Of a stretch of DNA of 64,000 bases, positions 8,494-18,935 are shown piece after piece. Position 1 is the stretch's first letter. Every line of letters begins with the position of its first letter. The notes beneath the pieces are model-generated. The model searched no databases. It was given only the letters and a program-made list of their open reading frames with translations, and was not told the origin of the DNA. The DNA lies in IMG/VR virus record IMGVR_UViG_3300025121_000282, positions 248,001 through 312,000 of that record, one strand, 5' to 3'. The translations under genes were made by a program, and so were the position numbers.

Positions 8494-11439
8494 TTACACC
8501 CTAGGAAAGCTATCAATGTCTAAGTCAGCAGCCCACTCAAGAATCTTGGCTACCTCGTCATTGGCCTTTTCGGTATACCCTAATTCGGCTCTCAGTTCTC
8601 TTATGGCGTCGTCGGCTATTTTCCTGCGAGCCAACAGTTCTGTAGCTTCGTCGTATTCTGCTCCACTAGGCCCCGCCATCCCCATTTCTTTTTGAGTTGG
8701 AGGAGGGACCATGGCCCCGGGTGGTGAAAATCCTTCTGATTGCTGCAATAAGCCAGGGGCTGTTATGTACTCACCCGACAACTCTTTTTCTATTTCTGAG
8801 TGCGTAATGAATTCGAATTCGTTAATTGACAATAGTTGAGATACTATGTCGGACACAGATGATTTCCTAAGTGACTCTTGTGTTGCCCCGATGTGATCCA
8901 CACCTGCGTTGATCACTGCCCTAATTAAGGGGTCATCCTTTTTTAGGGAGCACAAGCACTTTCCACTTAGTTCCAGAGGCTGCATTTCTGATAACGATTT
9001 GCTGGCATCCAAAACCCCCACTTGATGCACAGACCTACTTTGGTCTGCCACAGAGGGCTTGGGTGGAGTCCTCAAATTCAAGGTTCCGTCATCTATTTCT
9101 GGGATCAACTCTGCAATCGTGTCTGCAGCCATAGACTCGTCTACACGAGTCATTTTGCCCATGGAATTGACTCGCCAACCTCTACCGTAGGGCCAGTTCC
9201 CGTATACTTCGTAGCCAAATTCATCTGAGATTGGTTGTACAAGGTGGTGGCGAAATATGGCTTTACCTTTACTTGAAGTCTCAGATACAGATGCTACTGA
9301 TATGTATTCTATTTTCTTTAGCTGCTCATTGTCAGGCACACCATCGTTTATCTTTAATAGAGCCTCGTCTTGCAACGCATATTTGTAATACCCCCAAGCT
9401 TCGGTAGCTCCGTGAGCAAAAGCGTTTATTGATGCATTCAATTCGGCGTACTCGCCTGTATACATTTCACTGTTGGCGTTGTCTTGGTTATACTCTTCTG
9501 AGTCTGTTTGGACTTTTCCGCTAGCACTCAAAATGGCATTTACACCGGGTAAAGAGAGTATATCTCTCGATGCCATTCTTGCCATTCTTGCCACATCCGT
9601 CACGAGGTTGACAACATCAGCGGCGTTTTCAAATTGATTTAAATTTTTATCAACAACTGACGCAATTCTACTTTCTAAGACTAGTTTAGCTTCAGCTGAT
9701 GCTGCTCTGGTCTTAGCTGCTTCAATTTGCTTTTGGATCTTCTTATCAAGTCTGCTCGCGCCAAGCTTCTTTCCACTTTCTCTAAACTCTTTTAGTTTTT
9801 CGAAATTTGGCATCAATACAACATTAGGTATGCCGCGATTGGCAGAATTGGTGGCTCGGATTTCGTTTCTTTTTGCGACTAGGTTAGCAGTCATGGTTCC
9901 GGAGGTTTTGGCGTCCAGATTCATGTCCCTGTCCATGGTAAAGCTTGATCGCGGGGCTGTAAGGGTTAGACTTGTAGTAGCTCTGCCGCTAAATGTAAGG
10001 CTATGATTCACGGACAGTACATACCAAAATGTGTCAGACGGCTCTATATACACTGGTATTCCCATGCGAATTTCAGGTCTATGTGGAATTTCTACGTTGG
10101 CAGACCGTCTTTTAGAATTCAAAACGTCCAGTCTATCCACGGCGTAAATCCACAAACTGTATGGGTCTGAATAATACTCCATACGGGTTTCAGGACCCAT
10201 TCTGTACCCATACCGTTTTGCCAATCTGTGATCCACCACAATACCCTGTGGTACCAACCACCCCTCGCCCCCCACCGCTATATCACTCCTGATGAAGCTA
10301 CCTGCTACCTTTAGTACGGTGTATACCCTGCTCTCGTCATCTGATTCAGACCAACTTATAATGTCTTTGTCTGTTATTATTTGGGTTGGCAAATTCATAA
10401 CATTCATATTGTACCATGGTGGTTTGAAGGTTATACCGCCGTCAGAGTCCATGTAGAATTCGTACCCTATAAGGTCTTTTATTTGGTTGGCTAACTCCAA
10501 CCTAGACATTTGTTCAGCCTCAAACACTGGCCCTGGCTGGAACTGGAGCTGCTTGGCTAATAGTACTTTAGACACATCCATTCTAACGGCATCAAATTTT
10601 GTAGTGTTCCGATTCCCTCTATCTTTTGGTTTAGTCCTTTTACCATAAAGCACCATTTGTTGCATGGCCTTAAGGTCGGGCATGAAGGTGTCTTCTGAGG
10701 TACCGTCTGCATTTTTCTTGACCCCTAATCCGTACACCCGAATATTAAATATTTGTTTTTTAAATCTTTCCACCCAATATGACATCACGTCGGCCACGTC
10801 TACAAACTTTTCAGATGGGGTAGACTGGGCATAACTTTCCAACTGTCCGGACAAAAGGGCGTTGTCGCCTGCTACGTTTAAAGCTATAAAATAAAATATT
10901 TGGAAAACGCTCCATCCTTCAAATGCATGGCCCGCTGCTCCGGTAGCACCTTGGATAGACCCACCATAGTTACTAGTAACCACACCTCGCTGGGTGGTGA
11001 CCCGTGTCAGTTCCCACCATTTTGTTATGTCTGCGCAGTTTATTGATACAGTGTGCTCACCACCACTCCACCCTGTTTGAATGGTGGTGACAACGCCCCA
11101 AAATATGGGGTAATATTTACATTCTCCGTTTATGTGATAAGCACCTTTAGAGTGTATCTCTATTTCCATCATGGAATTTATTATGAAAACGCCGTCTTTA
11201 CGAAAGTTATCAAAATCGTGTATAGGTATACATAGTGATATAGAAGCAGACCCCGGGGCATTCTCTACAGACAAATCTGTGGTTATGCCTGTTACATAAT
11301 TGTTTATGTCTATTTTACGGTGACAATCCAGACAAGATGTAACCTCAACGAGGCCATTTATGTACACGATGCAGTCTGGGGCCATCCTTATAACGGGTCT
11401 GGCGTTTTCGACCCAACTGCCACTCCATGGGCTAGACAT
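8494..11439 (-). CDS. Baseplate hub protein (gp27/GPD-like) with C-terminal extension
   Basis: 981 aa with hub-like motifs (RLELANQIKDLIGYEFYMDSDGGITFKPP; ANVEIPHRPEIRMGIPVYI). Lies between the tube-initiator-like genes and the spike. Confidence 0.75.
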   Translation of the reverse strand: MSSPWSGSWVENARPVIRMAPDCIVYINGLVEVTSCLDCHRKIDINNYVTGITTDLSVENAPGSASISLCIPIHDFDNFRKDGVFIINSMMEIEIHSKGAYHINGECKYYPIFWGVVTTIQTGWSGGEHTVSINCADITKWWELTRVTTQRGVVTSNYGGSIQGATGAAGHAFEGWSVFQIFYFIALNVAGDNALLSGQLESYAQSTPSEKFVDVADVMSYWVERFKKQIFNIRVYGLGVKKNADGTSEDTFMPDLKAMQQMVLYGKRTKPKDRGNRNTTKFDAVRMDVSKVLLAKQLQFQPGPVFEAEQMSRLELANQIKDLIGYEFYMDSDGGITFKPPWYNMNVMNLPTQIITDKDIISWSESDDESRVYTVLKVAGSFIRSDIAVGGEGWLVPQGIVVDHRLAKRYGYRMGPETRMEYYSDPYSLWIYAVDRLDVLNSKRRSANVEIPHRPEIRMGIPVYIEPSDTFWYVLSVNHSLTFSGRATTSLTLTAPRSSFTMDRDMNLDAKTSGTMTANLVAKRNEIRATNSANRGIPNVVLMPNFEKLKEFRESGKKLGASRLDKKIQKQIEAAKTRAASAEAKLVLESRIASVVDKNLNQFENAADVVNLVTDVARMARMASRDILSLPGVNAILSASGKVQTDSEEYNQDNANSEMYTGEYAELNASINAFAHGATEAWGYYKYALQDEALLKINDGVPDNEQLKKIEYISVASVSETSSKGKAIFRHHLVQPISDEFGYEVYGNWPYGRGWRVNSMGKMTRVDESMAADTIAELIPEIDDGTLNLRTPPKPSVADQSRSVHQVGVLDASKSLSEMQPLELSGKCLCSLKKDDPLIRAVINAGVDHIGATQESLRKSSVSDIVSQLLSINEFEFITHSEIEKELSGEYITAPGLLQQSEGFSPPGAMVPPPTQKEMGMAGPSGAEYDEATELLARRKIADDAIRELRAELGYTEKANDEVAKILEWAADLDIDSFPRV

Positions 11440-11474
11440 ACTGCAGTATCCTAAACGTCCATGCCGTATTCTCT

Positions 11475-12374
11475 TTAGAGGTTCCCAACAGCAACCACAC
11501 CCCTACCAATGATACCGCCTAATTCATTTACTGTGTTTCCAATACCAGAAGTCTTGAAAGAATTAGGCACCCTAATCGATTGATCCAGCCTCGTGGTTCG
11601 ATGCACTGTAAAACTTGCACTATAGTCGACAACATGTGGCATGTCTGCTGTCTCATTTATCTGGAACTCTGAAAATCTACCACTGTACATAACACCATCA
11701 TAAAACATGTTTACATAACCAATTTTATACGGGATTCTCGAATCTCCAGCAGAATTGTTGGAAGGTACAGAACCATCCACATAAACATTTCCGTTAGACC
11801 GGTATACTGCCACCAAGCTTTGTAAATTTCTCCAGGCAGCTGATCCATTTCTATGTGATCGGGTCAAACCACCATACCCATCTGGGTCGACACACACGAA
11901 ACCACCAGTTTGACCGGATATCTTAATCTCGTCTAGGTTTTCGCCCCAGTGTTCTATTTTGTATTTTCTTGTGCGGGTCATTTGACCCTCAGTTCTAACT
12001 TTTGATAAAGCAAAATCCAGGGTGGATGGGTTTATCAACAACACCAAAGTGGGCAGTGCTTCTATGGCGTCTATAACATCATTCATGTTAGCGGGGACTG
12101 TGTTGTTGTTCCCTGTGTTGACAGCCTCTAGGTTTTCAGCCCTGGGATTTTTTGGCATAGATTTCCTGCCAAATCCACTATTGATGGCAGCTTTATTTAT
12201 ACCAACAGTTGACTCGGATACTGTAGACCTGGGCGGGGGCACCAATTTGAAAGCCATAGCGGCACTTTCAGTTCTGGAAGCGGCCACGGGCCTCATGGCT
12301 GTATTGAGCCATTTTATCCCAGAATTCTCAGGAACCGGGACATTTTCTAAAGTAAATGATGTACTGTCTGCCAT
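11475..12374 (-). CDS. Tail tube initiator/baseplate hub-like protein (paralog of 12378..12995)
   Basis: Shares LxxNPS...IEHWGE...I.G.TG...Y.G.F.EF...E.A.....DYS.SF.V with the adjacent upstream gene. Confidence 0.65.
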   Translation of the reverse strand: MADSTSFTLENVPVPENSGIKWLNTAMRPVAASRTESAAMAFKLVPPPRSTVSESTVGINKAAINSGFGRKSMPKNPRAENLEAVNTGNNNTVPANMNDVIDAIEALPTLVLLINPSTLDFALSKVRTEGQMTRTRKYKIEHWGENLDEIKISGQTGGFVCVDPDGYGGLTRSHRNGSAAWRNLQSLVAVYRSNGNVYVDGSVPSNNSAGDSRIPYKIGYVNMFYDGVMYSGRFSEFQINETADMPHVVDYSASFTVHRTTRLDQSIRVPNSFKTSGIGNTVNELGGIIGRGVVAVGNL

Positions 12375-12377
12375 GTC

Positions 12378-12995
12378 CTAAACCTGACTATTCGAGTACA
12401 CGGTTTGTATAACTATTTCCTCAACTTGAAAAGAAATAGAAAATGTAAACATATAAGGCCTAGAAGCATCCTCGGTCCATGTAAACTCATTAAAGAATCC
12501 GTCGTATACACCCTGGTCAAAAGCCACTCTAATTCTGCCTGCCATATAAACAGAGCCATTTTCATCACGAATCAGGCCATTGTTTCTGTATAAGTCCAAC
12601 AACCTTTTAAATTGATAGTTTGACAAAGTTTTGTGTCTAAGTGGGGCAGATTCATTGTTAAATGTGTGGGCAGACACCAACCCGTGCTCTACCGAAATAA
12701 ATGCTCCCGTACCGCTCTCTATTTGAAAGATTTGTAGAGATTCGCCCCAGGACTGCTCGATCCATGCGCCTTTGGTGTTGAATGAGTCTACAACTTTAGA
12801 CATCTGAGTACTAAACCCAGACGGGTTCACCCTCATATAAAGCGGGGGACTTACCACTGTAGTTAAATCTGGACCTATCACCCAAAATACAAAGGGAATC
12901 CAGTCCCCGTTGACAGGTTGATCAAGTCCACCCTCATACTGAGTGGAGAGAGACTGTCGGGGGGCTCCCCTTATACCATGTCTACCGATGGGCAT
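12378..12995 (-). CDS. Tail tube initiator/baseplate hub-like protein
   Basis: Motifs MRVNPS...IEQSWGE...YDGFFNEFTWTEDASRPYMFTFSISFQV; immediately after the tape measure gene. Confidence 0.65.
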   Translation of the reverse strand: MPIGRHGIRGAPRQSLSTQYEGGLDQPVNGDWIPFVFWVIGPDLTTVVSPPLYMRVNPSGFSTQMSKVVDSFNTKGAWIEQSWGESLQIFQIESGTGAFISVEHGLVSAHTFNNESAPLRHKTLSNYQFKRLLDLYRNNGLIRDENGSVYMAGRIRVAFDQGVYDGFFNEFTWTEDASRPYMFTFSISFQVEEIVIQTVYSNSQV

Positions 12996-12997
12996 TT

Positions 12998-15900
12998 TTA
13001 AGCTGTAGCCCTTCTTCGGTCGTGGTCATACAAAATACCCAACACTGTTTGTTTTACAGCGTTGATGTCACCACCATGTATGTTTATAGTAATGTTAGCA
13101 CCCGAACCACCCCCGTTATTAGCCAGGGCCCCAGTTTTCATTTGTTCAGCTTGAGCAGGCTTATATATCTCTCCCGGCATTATCTGGGCCAAACCACCAC
13201 GAGTAATTTTTGCATCATGCATTGTAAGTAACTTAAGTCTGTTAGCCTGACCCGGGTCTGCATTCATAGCCAATTTGGTTGCACTGCTAATCTCTCCGGA
13301 CCCACCCACATACTCTGAGACTTCAGCCAATTGGTCAGGGGTAAGCGACGAGTCAGCTAGGCTGTTTAGTATATTACCCTTATTTACTTTGTTGGATATG
13401 TCATCTCCAAGTCCTTTAACCGTATCTTTGCCCAATTCGCCCAATGTGTTTAAAGACCCCCCACTTTCCACCCTTTTTAGTATGTCTTCTGTACCTTTCA
13501 TCTTTTCATCCATTTCTGCGTATAACTTATTTCCTTCAGATATAGTTTCTACAACATTTTTAAGTGGGTCCTCAGTTAACACGCCAGGGAGAGGAATCAC
13601 AGGTTCGTTTTGTGTAAGTACTGGTTCTGAACCTTTGTCAAATCTGTGACCATACTTCTTGTTAAGTTCTGTAACTCGGGTCTCTTCCTCCTTTTTTGCG
13701 TTTGCATCTTCTTGGGCTAGCTTCTCTTGGGCTTTCTGTCTTTCTTTTGGGGGTAATTTGGTTATTGTTGCCTCTTTCTCCTTACGTGCTTTGTCTTTTT
13801 CAGCTTTGTCTTTTTCAGCTTTCTTATTTTCAATTTCAAATTCTTGTTTGGCTTTAGCGTCCATTAGTGTATTAACATAAGTTTGCATAACTTCTATAGA
13901 GGCATCTTCGGCCACACTGTTGCCAGTAATGGCATTCAATGTCTCACTTTTATCTCTAACTTCCTTTAACCTCTTTTTTTGGTATGCAATTGCACCGTCT
14001 TGTTTTTCAGCACCTTCTTTATCGCCCACTTCGAGCATTTTTTCTTTTTTTCTTTGCTCATTTTTTAAGTCTGCCTTTACTGCTTTTTCTTCTTTTCTGT
14101 ATTGTGAAGTCAACTTATCTTTGTTGGTACCGCCGAACATTCGACTGTTGGCAAAGTAATCAACAATGTCATAAATACCGCCAGATATTTGATTTAAAAT
14201 TGCAGGTATAACTTGGCTCAAAGCATCGGCCATGGTTGTGGTATTTTCGGCCGTCTCTTTGGCAGGACCAGCCATGGTGCCCATAAGTGCTTTCTTCTGT
14301 TCGTCAGACATGGTGGCTATGGCCTTTTCTAAACTCCCACCACCTATGTCCTTTACATAAGATCCAAGTGCACTTAGTTGTCTAAATTGCTCGTCGTTCA
14401 TGACACCAGCACCCTCAGCAGCTAATTTGCTCCTGGAGGTCATTTTATCCATGTCACCTATGTCGTATATGCCCGTCATACGACCGATTTCTGCCATTTT
14501 TGTCTCAAGCTTTCCTTGAAGGTCTGTGGCTGGCAGAGCCATGGCAGCATTCATAATGCCACCCTTCCCAAACTGAGTGGCTTGAGACAGTGCTGCAGTT
14601 GCTTGTCTATACTTTCCTTGTTCCTCTACGGTGGCAGTTTTCTTTTGCATTTTTGGGATCAGTGCGTCCCTAATACCCTTCAACGTTTTAATTCTCTCAG
14701 ACCTATTTTCTTTGGTAGTAGTGTCCCCATCACCTATAGCTCTGTCTACACTTCTGTTTACAGAACCCTCCACGGCTTTAGTACCACGTCTGCCACCTAT
14801 AGCCAAAGCACGTATTGAACCTTGCATACTTTCGTTATGGTAAAAACTGGCTATCCCAGCCATAGCCCGCTCTGCTTCATCGGGGCCTAGGGCCATAGAC
14901 AGTTCTTTTAATAAAGAGGATGTTTCTTCTACCTTAATCCCATAAAGTCCCATACCCTTAGTGGTATTTTTAACTATATCAAAAAACCTTTTGGTCTGCA
15001 TTCCAGATGACAGTGCGTCCTGAGACAGTGCAGCCATCGACATTTTTACGTCGTCTAAGCTCATCCCAAGGTTTGTAACCCAGGTACCCAGGGCATCACC
15101 GATTTCGCTTAGTGGTACTCCCAAGTTCAGATGTAACATGACGGCGTTTTTCATCAAGTCATTTTCAAATGAGGTGAATGTTTCACCAGCTATGTTTTGT
15201 AGATCTTTGACAGATACGTTCGCCCCCTGTATAGCATTTAAAAATTCCATATGTTGTTTTGGGTCTACACGCCACATCCTATTAAAGTCAAACTTCACAA
15301 TGGCGTCATTGTACTTTTCTAGTCCGTCAAAAATGTCTTTAGAATTTGAGGACATCCCACCAGCAGTTGCACCAGAGGTATCCTTTAGGAATTGGAGTCC
15401 ACCGCCAGCTTCAACAGCCGATTTGGAGAACTCTTTAAATTGAGTGTCTGCAGCAGACAACAAACCTATGAGAGCACCTATGACACCTGCGGCTCCACCC
15501 ATATACATACCAAATTTGGCTGCTTTCAGTCCAGAGCCACCCGCCTTTTTTTCTTTATGTTCTAGGTGCGCTAATCCAGCTTTCCCCAGTCCACCGCCTG
15601 TAGTAGCAATGGCACCAAATAAGTCTTTGGACGCAAATTTCCCTATGCCACCCTTGATGGCGCCAAATACGTCTTTTGCTAGTTTGCCTTTAAATTCTGC
15701 ATCAATTTTTAACTTAATCTCTATCTCTGCTTGTTTTAATAATTTCTCTCTGGCGTCCTCAATACCACTGGTTATTTGGGCAATGTCATCTTTTATATCG
15801 CCCATCTCCACAGCAATTTTGTCTTGTTTGGGGGCATTTCCCGCAGCTTTATCATACTGTTTCTTTTTCTTTGAGAGTTTTGAGTATAACTGATCAAGTT

Positions 15901-16174
15901 TTTCCAACCCAGAGGTGTCTACACTGATTTTAAGTTCATTGGATAGTTGTGATAAGTCTTTTGATACCTTTTTATTTAAGGTTTTGAGTGCTTTGGTTGC
16001 TTTGCTCAGAGCCTTGTCAGAATTTATGCCAAATTCCAGGTCTATCCTTAAAGATTTTTCTATACGCGATTGGAACTTTTTTATGTCGTCTTCTGCGTCA
16101 CTTATAACTGATTGCAACTTATTGGTTTTTGTGTCGATATCAAGTAGAAATTTGATTGTCTCTGTGCTGGCCAT
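12998..16174 (-). CDS. Tail tape measure protein
   Basis: 1058 aa, helical, A/G/K-rich, starts MASTETIKFLLDID and ends ITINIHGGD-like; follows the tube and chaperone genes. Confidence 0.85.
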   Translation of the reverse strand: MASTETIKFLLDIDTKTNKLQSVISDAEDDIKKFQSRIEKSLRIDLEFGINSDKALSKATKALKTLNKKVSKDLSQLSNELKISVDTSGLEKLDQLYSKLSKKKKQYDKAAGNAPKQDKIAVEMGDIKDDIAQITSGIEDAREKLLKQAEIEIKLKIDAEFKGKLAKDVFGAIKGGIGKFASKDLFGAIATTGGGLGKAGLAHLEHKEKKAGGSGLKAAKFGMYMGGAAGVIGALIGLLSAADTQFKEFSKSAVEAGGGLQFLKDTSGATAGGMSSNSKDIFDGLEKYNDAIVKFDFNRMWRVDPKQHMEFLNAIQGANVSVKDLQNIAGETFTSFENDLMKNAVMLHLNLGVPLSEIGDALGTWVTNLGMSLDDVKMSMAALSQDALSSGMQTKRFFDIVKNTTKGMGLYGIKVEETSSLLKELSMALGPDEAERAMAGIASFYHNESMQGSIRALAIGGRRGTKAVEGSVNRSVDRAIGDGDTTTKENRSERIKTLKGIRDALIPKMQKKTATVEEQGKYRQATAALSQATQFGKGGIMNAAMALPATDLQGKLETKMAEIGRMTGIYDIGDMDKMTSRSKLAAEGAGVMNDEQFRQLSALGSYVKDIGGGSLEKAIATMSDEQKKALMGTMAGPAKETAENTTTMADALSQVIPAILNQISGGIYDIVDYFANSRMFGGTNKDKLTSQYRKEEKAVKADLKNEQRKKEKMLEVGDKEGAEKQDGAIAYQKKRLKEVRDKSETLNAITGNSVAEDASIEVMQTYVNTLMDAKAKQEFEIENKKAEKDKAEKDKARKEKEATITKLPPKERQKAQEKLAQEDANAKKEEETRVTELNKKYGHRFDKGSEPVLTQNEPVIPLPGVLTEDPLKNVVETISEGNKLYAEMDEKMKGTEDILKRVESGGSLNTLGELGKDTVKGLGDDISNKVNKGNILNSLADSSLTPDQLAEVSEYVGGSGEISSATKLAMNADPGQANRLKLLTMHDAKITRGGLAQIMPGEIYKPAQAEQMKTGALANNGGGSGANITINIHGGDINAVKQTVLGILYDHDRRRATA

Positions 16175-16180
16175 GCAAAC

Positions 16181-17218
16181 TCACTTCCGCTGGCGTTGAC
16201 GCCAAGCTTCCATGATGACCGAAGGGGAAACGAGACTTTCCCTCTCAAATTTGGCTTTCTCGTCTGATAACCTACGATACTCATTCATTTGAGACAAAGT
16301 AAGTCCGAACGACTCTTCGTCCAATTTTACGGCTCCATCTGGAATACTCGGCCTACTAACCCTAGCCTGTTGAATAGTGCGGTCTTTCACAAATTCTTCA
16401 AAGTCTCTATTGTCGTCTTCAATCTTTTTTTCGTGCATTTCGATGGATAAGTCGTGTTCATCCTTTTCACCCTTTATCTGCTGCTGAAGCTGAGTACTAA
16501 GTTCATCTGTTGTTCTGGCTATTTTTAATTCATACCCGTCTTCTGTTGTTTCTATACCTTCCACGAGTCTCTGTCTTTTCTTATCTCTGTCTTTTTCTAT
16601 ACTTCTCTCGTGTTTTTCTAATTTTTCGACAAACTTGGGGCTATTAGTGGCAGCTACTAGTTTAGCTGCCTCGTTGTGCAGGTGTCGCTGGAATTCTTTA
16701 TCCTCGCGAGACATAATGCTTATCCATATGTATTGATAGTCGTTTAAGCCTATAAGGTCTGTGCCTGCCATCCCGGTTATTTTCGGGTCGTTGGGTAGGT
16801 GTCCCATCAACCCGGTCCAGTGCATGCTTGACGTCCCCGTGTACGAGTACGCTTCTACGTCTGTACCCAGGTCATTTGCTTTCTTGTTTAGTTCTATTAG
16901 CTGGCGTAATGCTATATTTATTGCGTGAGGAGGCCAATAACTTAAAGACTTGATTACTTTATGTAATTTGGGTCTTATTGGAAGTATGTTTATATCGTCG
17001 ATTACAAATATAGAATATGCTAAAAAAGCAAGTTCTTGATTTTTTAGAGATTGTATTACACCTCGCTCAAAAGAATTGATAGTTTTCCATACTACTCTAG
17101 AATCACCAAATTTACTTGGTGCTGTCAGGAACCCCTGCTGAATCAGGGTTGCTACTTGACTGAGTCTCTCCGCTCTCTGAAGCAGTCTCTGTTGGTGCAG
17201 TTGGTTCACTAGTGGCAC
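16181..17218 (-). CDS. Tail assembly chaperone-like protein (pre-tape-measure)
   Basis: 345 aa, GTG start, located between the first chaperone and the tape measure; overlaps the upstream gene by 107 nt. Confidence 0.55.
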   Translation of the reverse strand: MPLVNQLHQQRLLQRAERLSQVATLIQQGFLTAPSKFGDSRVVWKTINSFERGVIQSLKNQELAFLAYSIFVIDDINILPIRPKLHKVIKSLSYWPPHAINIALRQLIELNKKANDLGTDVEAYSYTGTSSMHWTGLMGHLPNDPKITGMAGTDLIGLNDYQYIWISIMSREDKEFQRHLHNEAAKLVAATNSPKFVEKLEKHERSIEKDRDKKRQRLVEGIETTEDGYELKIARTTDELSTQLQQQIKGEKDEHDLSIEMHEKKIEDDNRDFEEFVKDRTIQQARVSRPSIPDGAVKLDEESFGLTLSQMNEYRRLSDEKAKFERESLVSPSVIMEAWRQRQRK

Positions 17219-17714
17219 CCTGTCCCGGTACTCGTTCTTGAATAGCCCTTAAAGCTTCCAATTTAGACTCTAGTACAGAGATTTGTTCTGGGATGCCTAA
17301 GTTCTCATACTCCACACCAGCTATAGCCTCAAGTTCTACTTTTGCTTGTAAAACTTGGTATTGTTTGATCAAAGCGTTGATAAGAGACTCGTCCCACCCC
17401 TCATCGTCATGGCCAATGATGTTGTCTCTTAAATAGATGTTTACGGGGACTTTAGTGTCTGCGTCTATTTCTATATTTTTTAATTCTCTAAAGCTTATAC
17501 CATTAAGTTCTATAATGGCATTAGACAGCATTCCTATTTTATATCTACGAGTGTAGAGCAGACCGTCCATTTCTCCGGCCCACTCCATTATTTCTGCGTC
17601 TCTATTTCGTGTATAAACGCGGAAAACACCCGTGATAGCACCGTCCATGGCACTAAATTTGAGTGTTTTTCTACCTAAGGCTTTGAATTTGTCTAGAGAT
17701 TCTTTTATGCTCAT
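17112..17714 (-). CDS. Tail assembly chaperone
   Basis: 200 aa, directly after the tube gene; motif LSNAIIELNG. Confidence 0.6.
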   Translation of the reverse strand: MSIKESLDKFKALGRKTLKFSAMDGAITGVFRVYTRNRDAEIMEWAGEMDGLLYTRRYKIGMLSNAIIELNGISFRELKNIEIDADTKVPVNIYLRDNIIGHDDEGWDESLINALIKQYQVLQAKVELEAIAGVEYENLGIPEQISVLESKLEALRAIQERVPGQGATSEPTAPTETASESGETQSSSNPDSAGVPDSTK

Positions 17715-17735
17715 TTAATATTTTACAACACTAAA

Positions 17736-18461
17736 TTACCGGTCGGGGCGAGGGGCAGACGCCGGGTGAGCGGCGCCATACAAAGCACTTCCGCCGCCTA
17801 CATCTCTAAACGGGTTGTTACCGGTATTCATGGCATAGAATGTGTCTACACCTTGGAACCCATGATGGCTCACTATGTCAGTGACCTTTGCAGAAACCTG
17901 TTCGTCTATGGCATTGCCGTCAGCAGCTATGCCAGTTTGGCCATAACTTTCAACCCAACAGCCCTCATACCAAGTGACCACAGCACTTGTAACACCATTA
18001 ACTCTGGCGTCAAAATCGGCGTCTGCGGCTCGGGTTGTCATGCCATCGCCGCCGCCATTGTCCATCACATTTCTGTGTGCTAGTTCGGAGAACACCATTT
18101 CCTGCTTGAGATCGAATGGCCATCTATGGTACCTGATGGACCTTACAGCACCGGCAACACCACCTCTGTAGCCCAATTGCTGGTGCAAGTTAAGCACATA
18201 CAGCAAGCGACGAGTTATCGAGATGGTTGCCTCAGCGGTATTGCCGGGTACGATTTCCTGCACTCGGTCGCCATAACCGATACCTCTGACAGCAACCATC
18301 TCTCGGCTCTCGGCTTCCTGAGTAAACTCAGAAGAGACGCCTATCTGACTGGCTGTAGCCTCACCGTATGACACCGTGTATATTTTTACTTTTTGAGAAA
18401 CAGCAACATTTGTGTTGGGTGTTGCCCCTTCTCGGTAGATATAGCCTGCATTTAGTGCCAT
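17736..18461 (-). CDS. Tail tube protein
   Basis: 241 aa, downstream of the sheath; tube-like motifs (IGYGDRVQEIVPG, RSIRYHRWPFDL, WYEGCWVESY). Confidence 0.8.
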   Translation of the reverse strand: MALNAGYIYREGATPNTNVAVSQKVKIYTVSYGEATASQIGVSSEFTQEAESREMVAVRGIGYGDRVQEIVPGNTAEATISITRRLLYVLNLHQQLGYRGGVAGAVRSIRYHRWPFDLKQEMVFSELAHRNVMDNGGGDGMTTRAADADFDARVNGVTSAVVTWYEGCWVESYGQTGIAADGNAIDEQVSAKVTDIVSHHGFQGVDTFYAMNTGNNPFRDVGGGSALYGAAHPASAPRPDR

Positions 18462-18509
18462 GACTTACACTCCATCACTGATTTTCAGGCTACACCCAGC
18501 ACAAAACAA

Positions 18510-18869
18510 TTAGACAAGCTTCGGGTAAAGCTGGAAAACTGAGTTCTCAATCCGCTCAACAGCGGCAGTTACAGTTTCCGCAGGCTCGTCCTCAAGGGGC
18601 TCAACCGCGTTGGCAACATCAGCAATCGTGGCCTTGAGAGTGTCCATAGCAGCTGTGGTGTTCACACCATACTCAGCCGCATTTTCAAAAATTTCGGCAA
18701 CATTCGCCATGTGGGCCACAACAGCGGCTACTCGGGCCTTAGCCTCAGTATGCGCAGCCGTCTTGTTGTTACCCTCAGGCTTATCCTCGGTTGCACTGCG
18801 ACGAGCGGCAAGGCGAGCGGCAATGGCACTTTCGAGAGTAGCTACAGCAGAGGCGATCTTAGTTTCCAT
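18510..18869 (-). CDS. Ala-rich helical hypothetical virion protein
   Basis: Track 18510..18923. Likely start is the ATG at 18869 (METKIAS), preceded by GGAG. Confidence 0.6.
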   Translation of the reverse strand: METKIASAVATLESAIAARLAARRSATEDKPEGNNKTAAHTEAKARVAAVVAHMANVAEIFENAAEYGVNTTAAMDTLKATIADVANAVEPLEDEPAETVTAAVERIENSVFQLYPKLV

Positions 18870-18935
18870 CTTTATTTTCTCCGTTACAACGTACTGACAG
18901 TGTTCAGTTGAATCTGTTAACAAAAAGATTATTGA

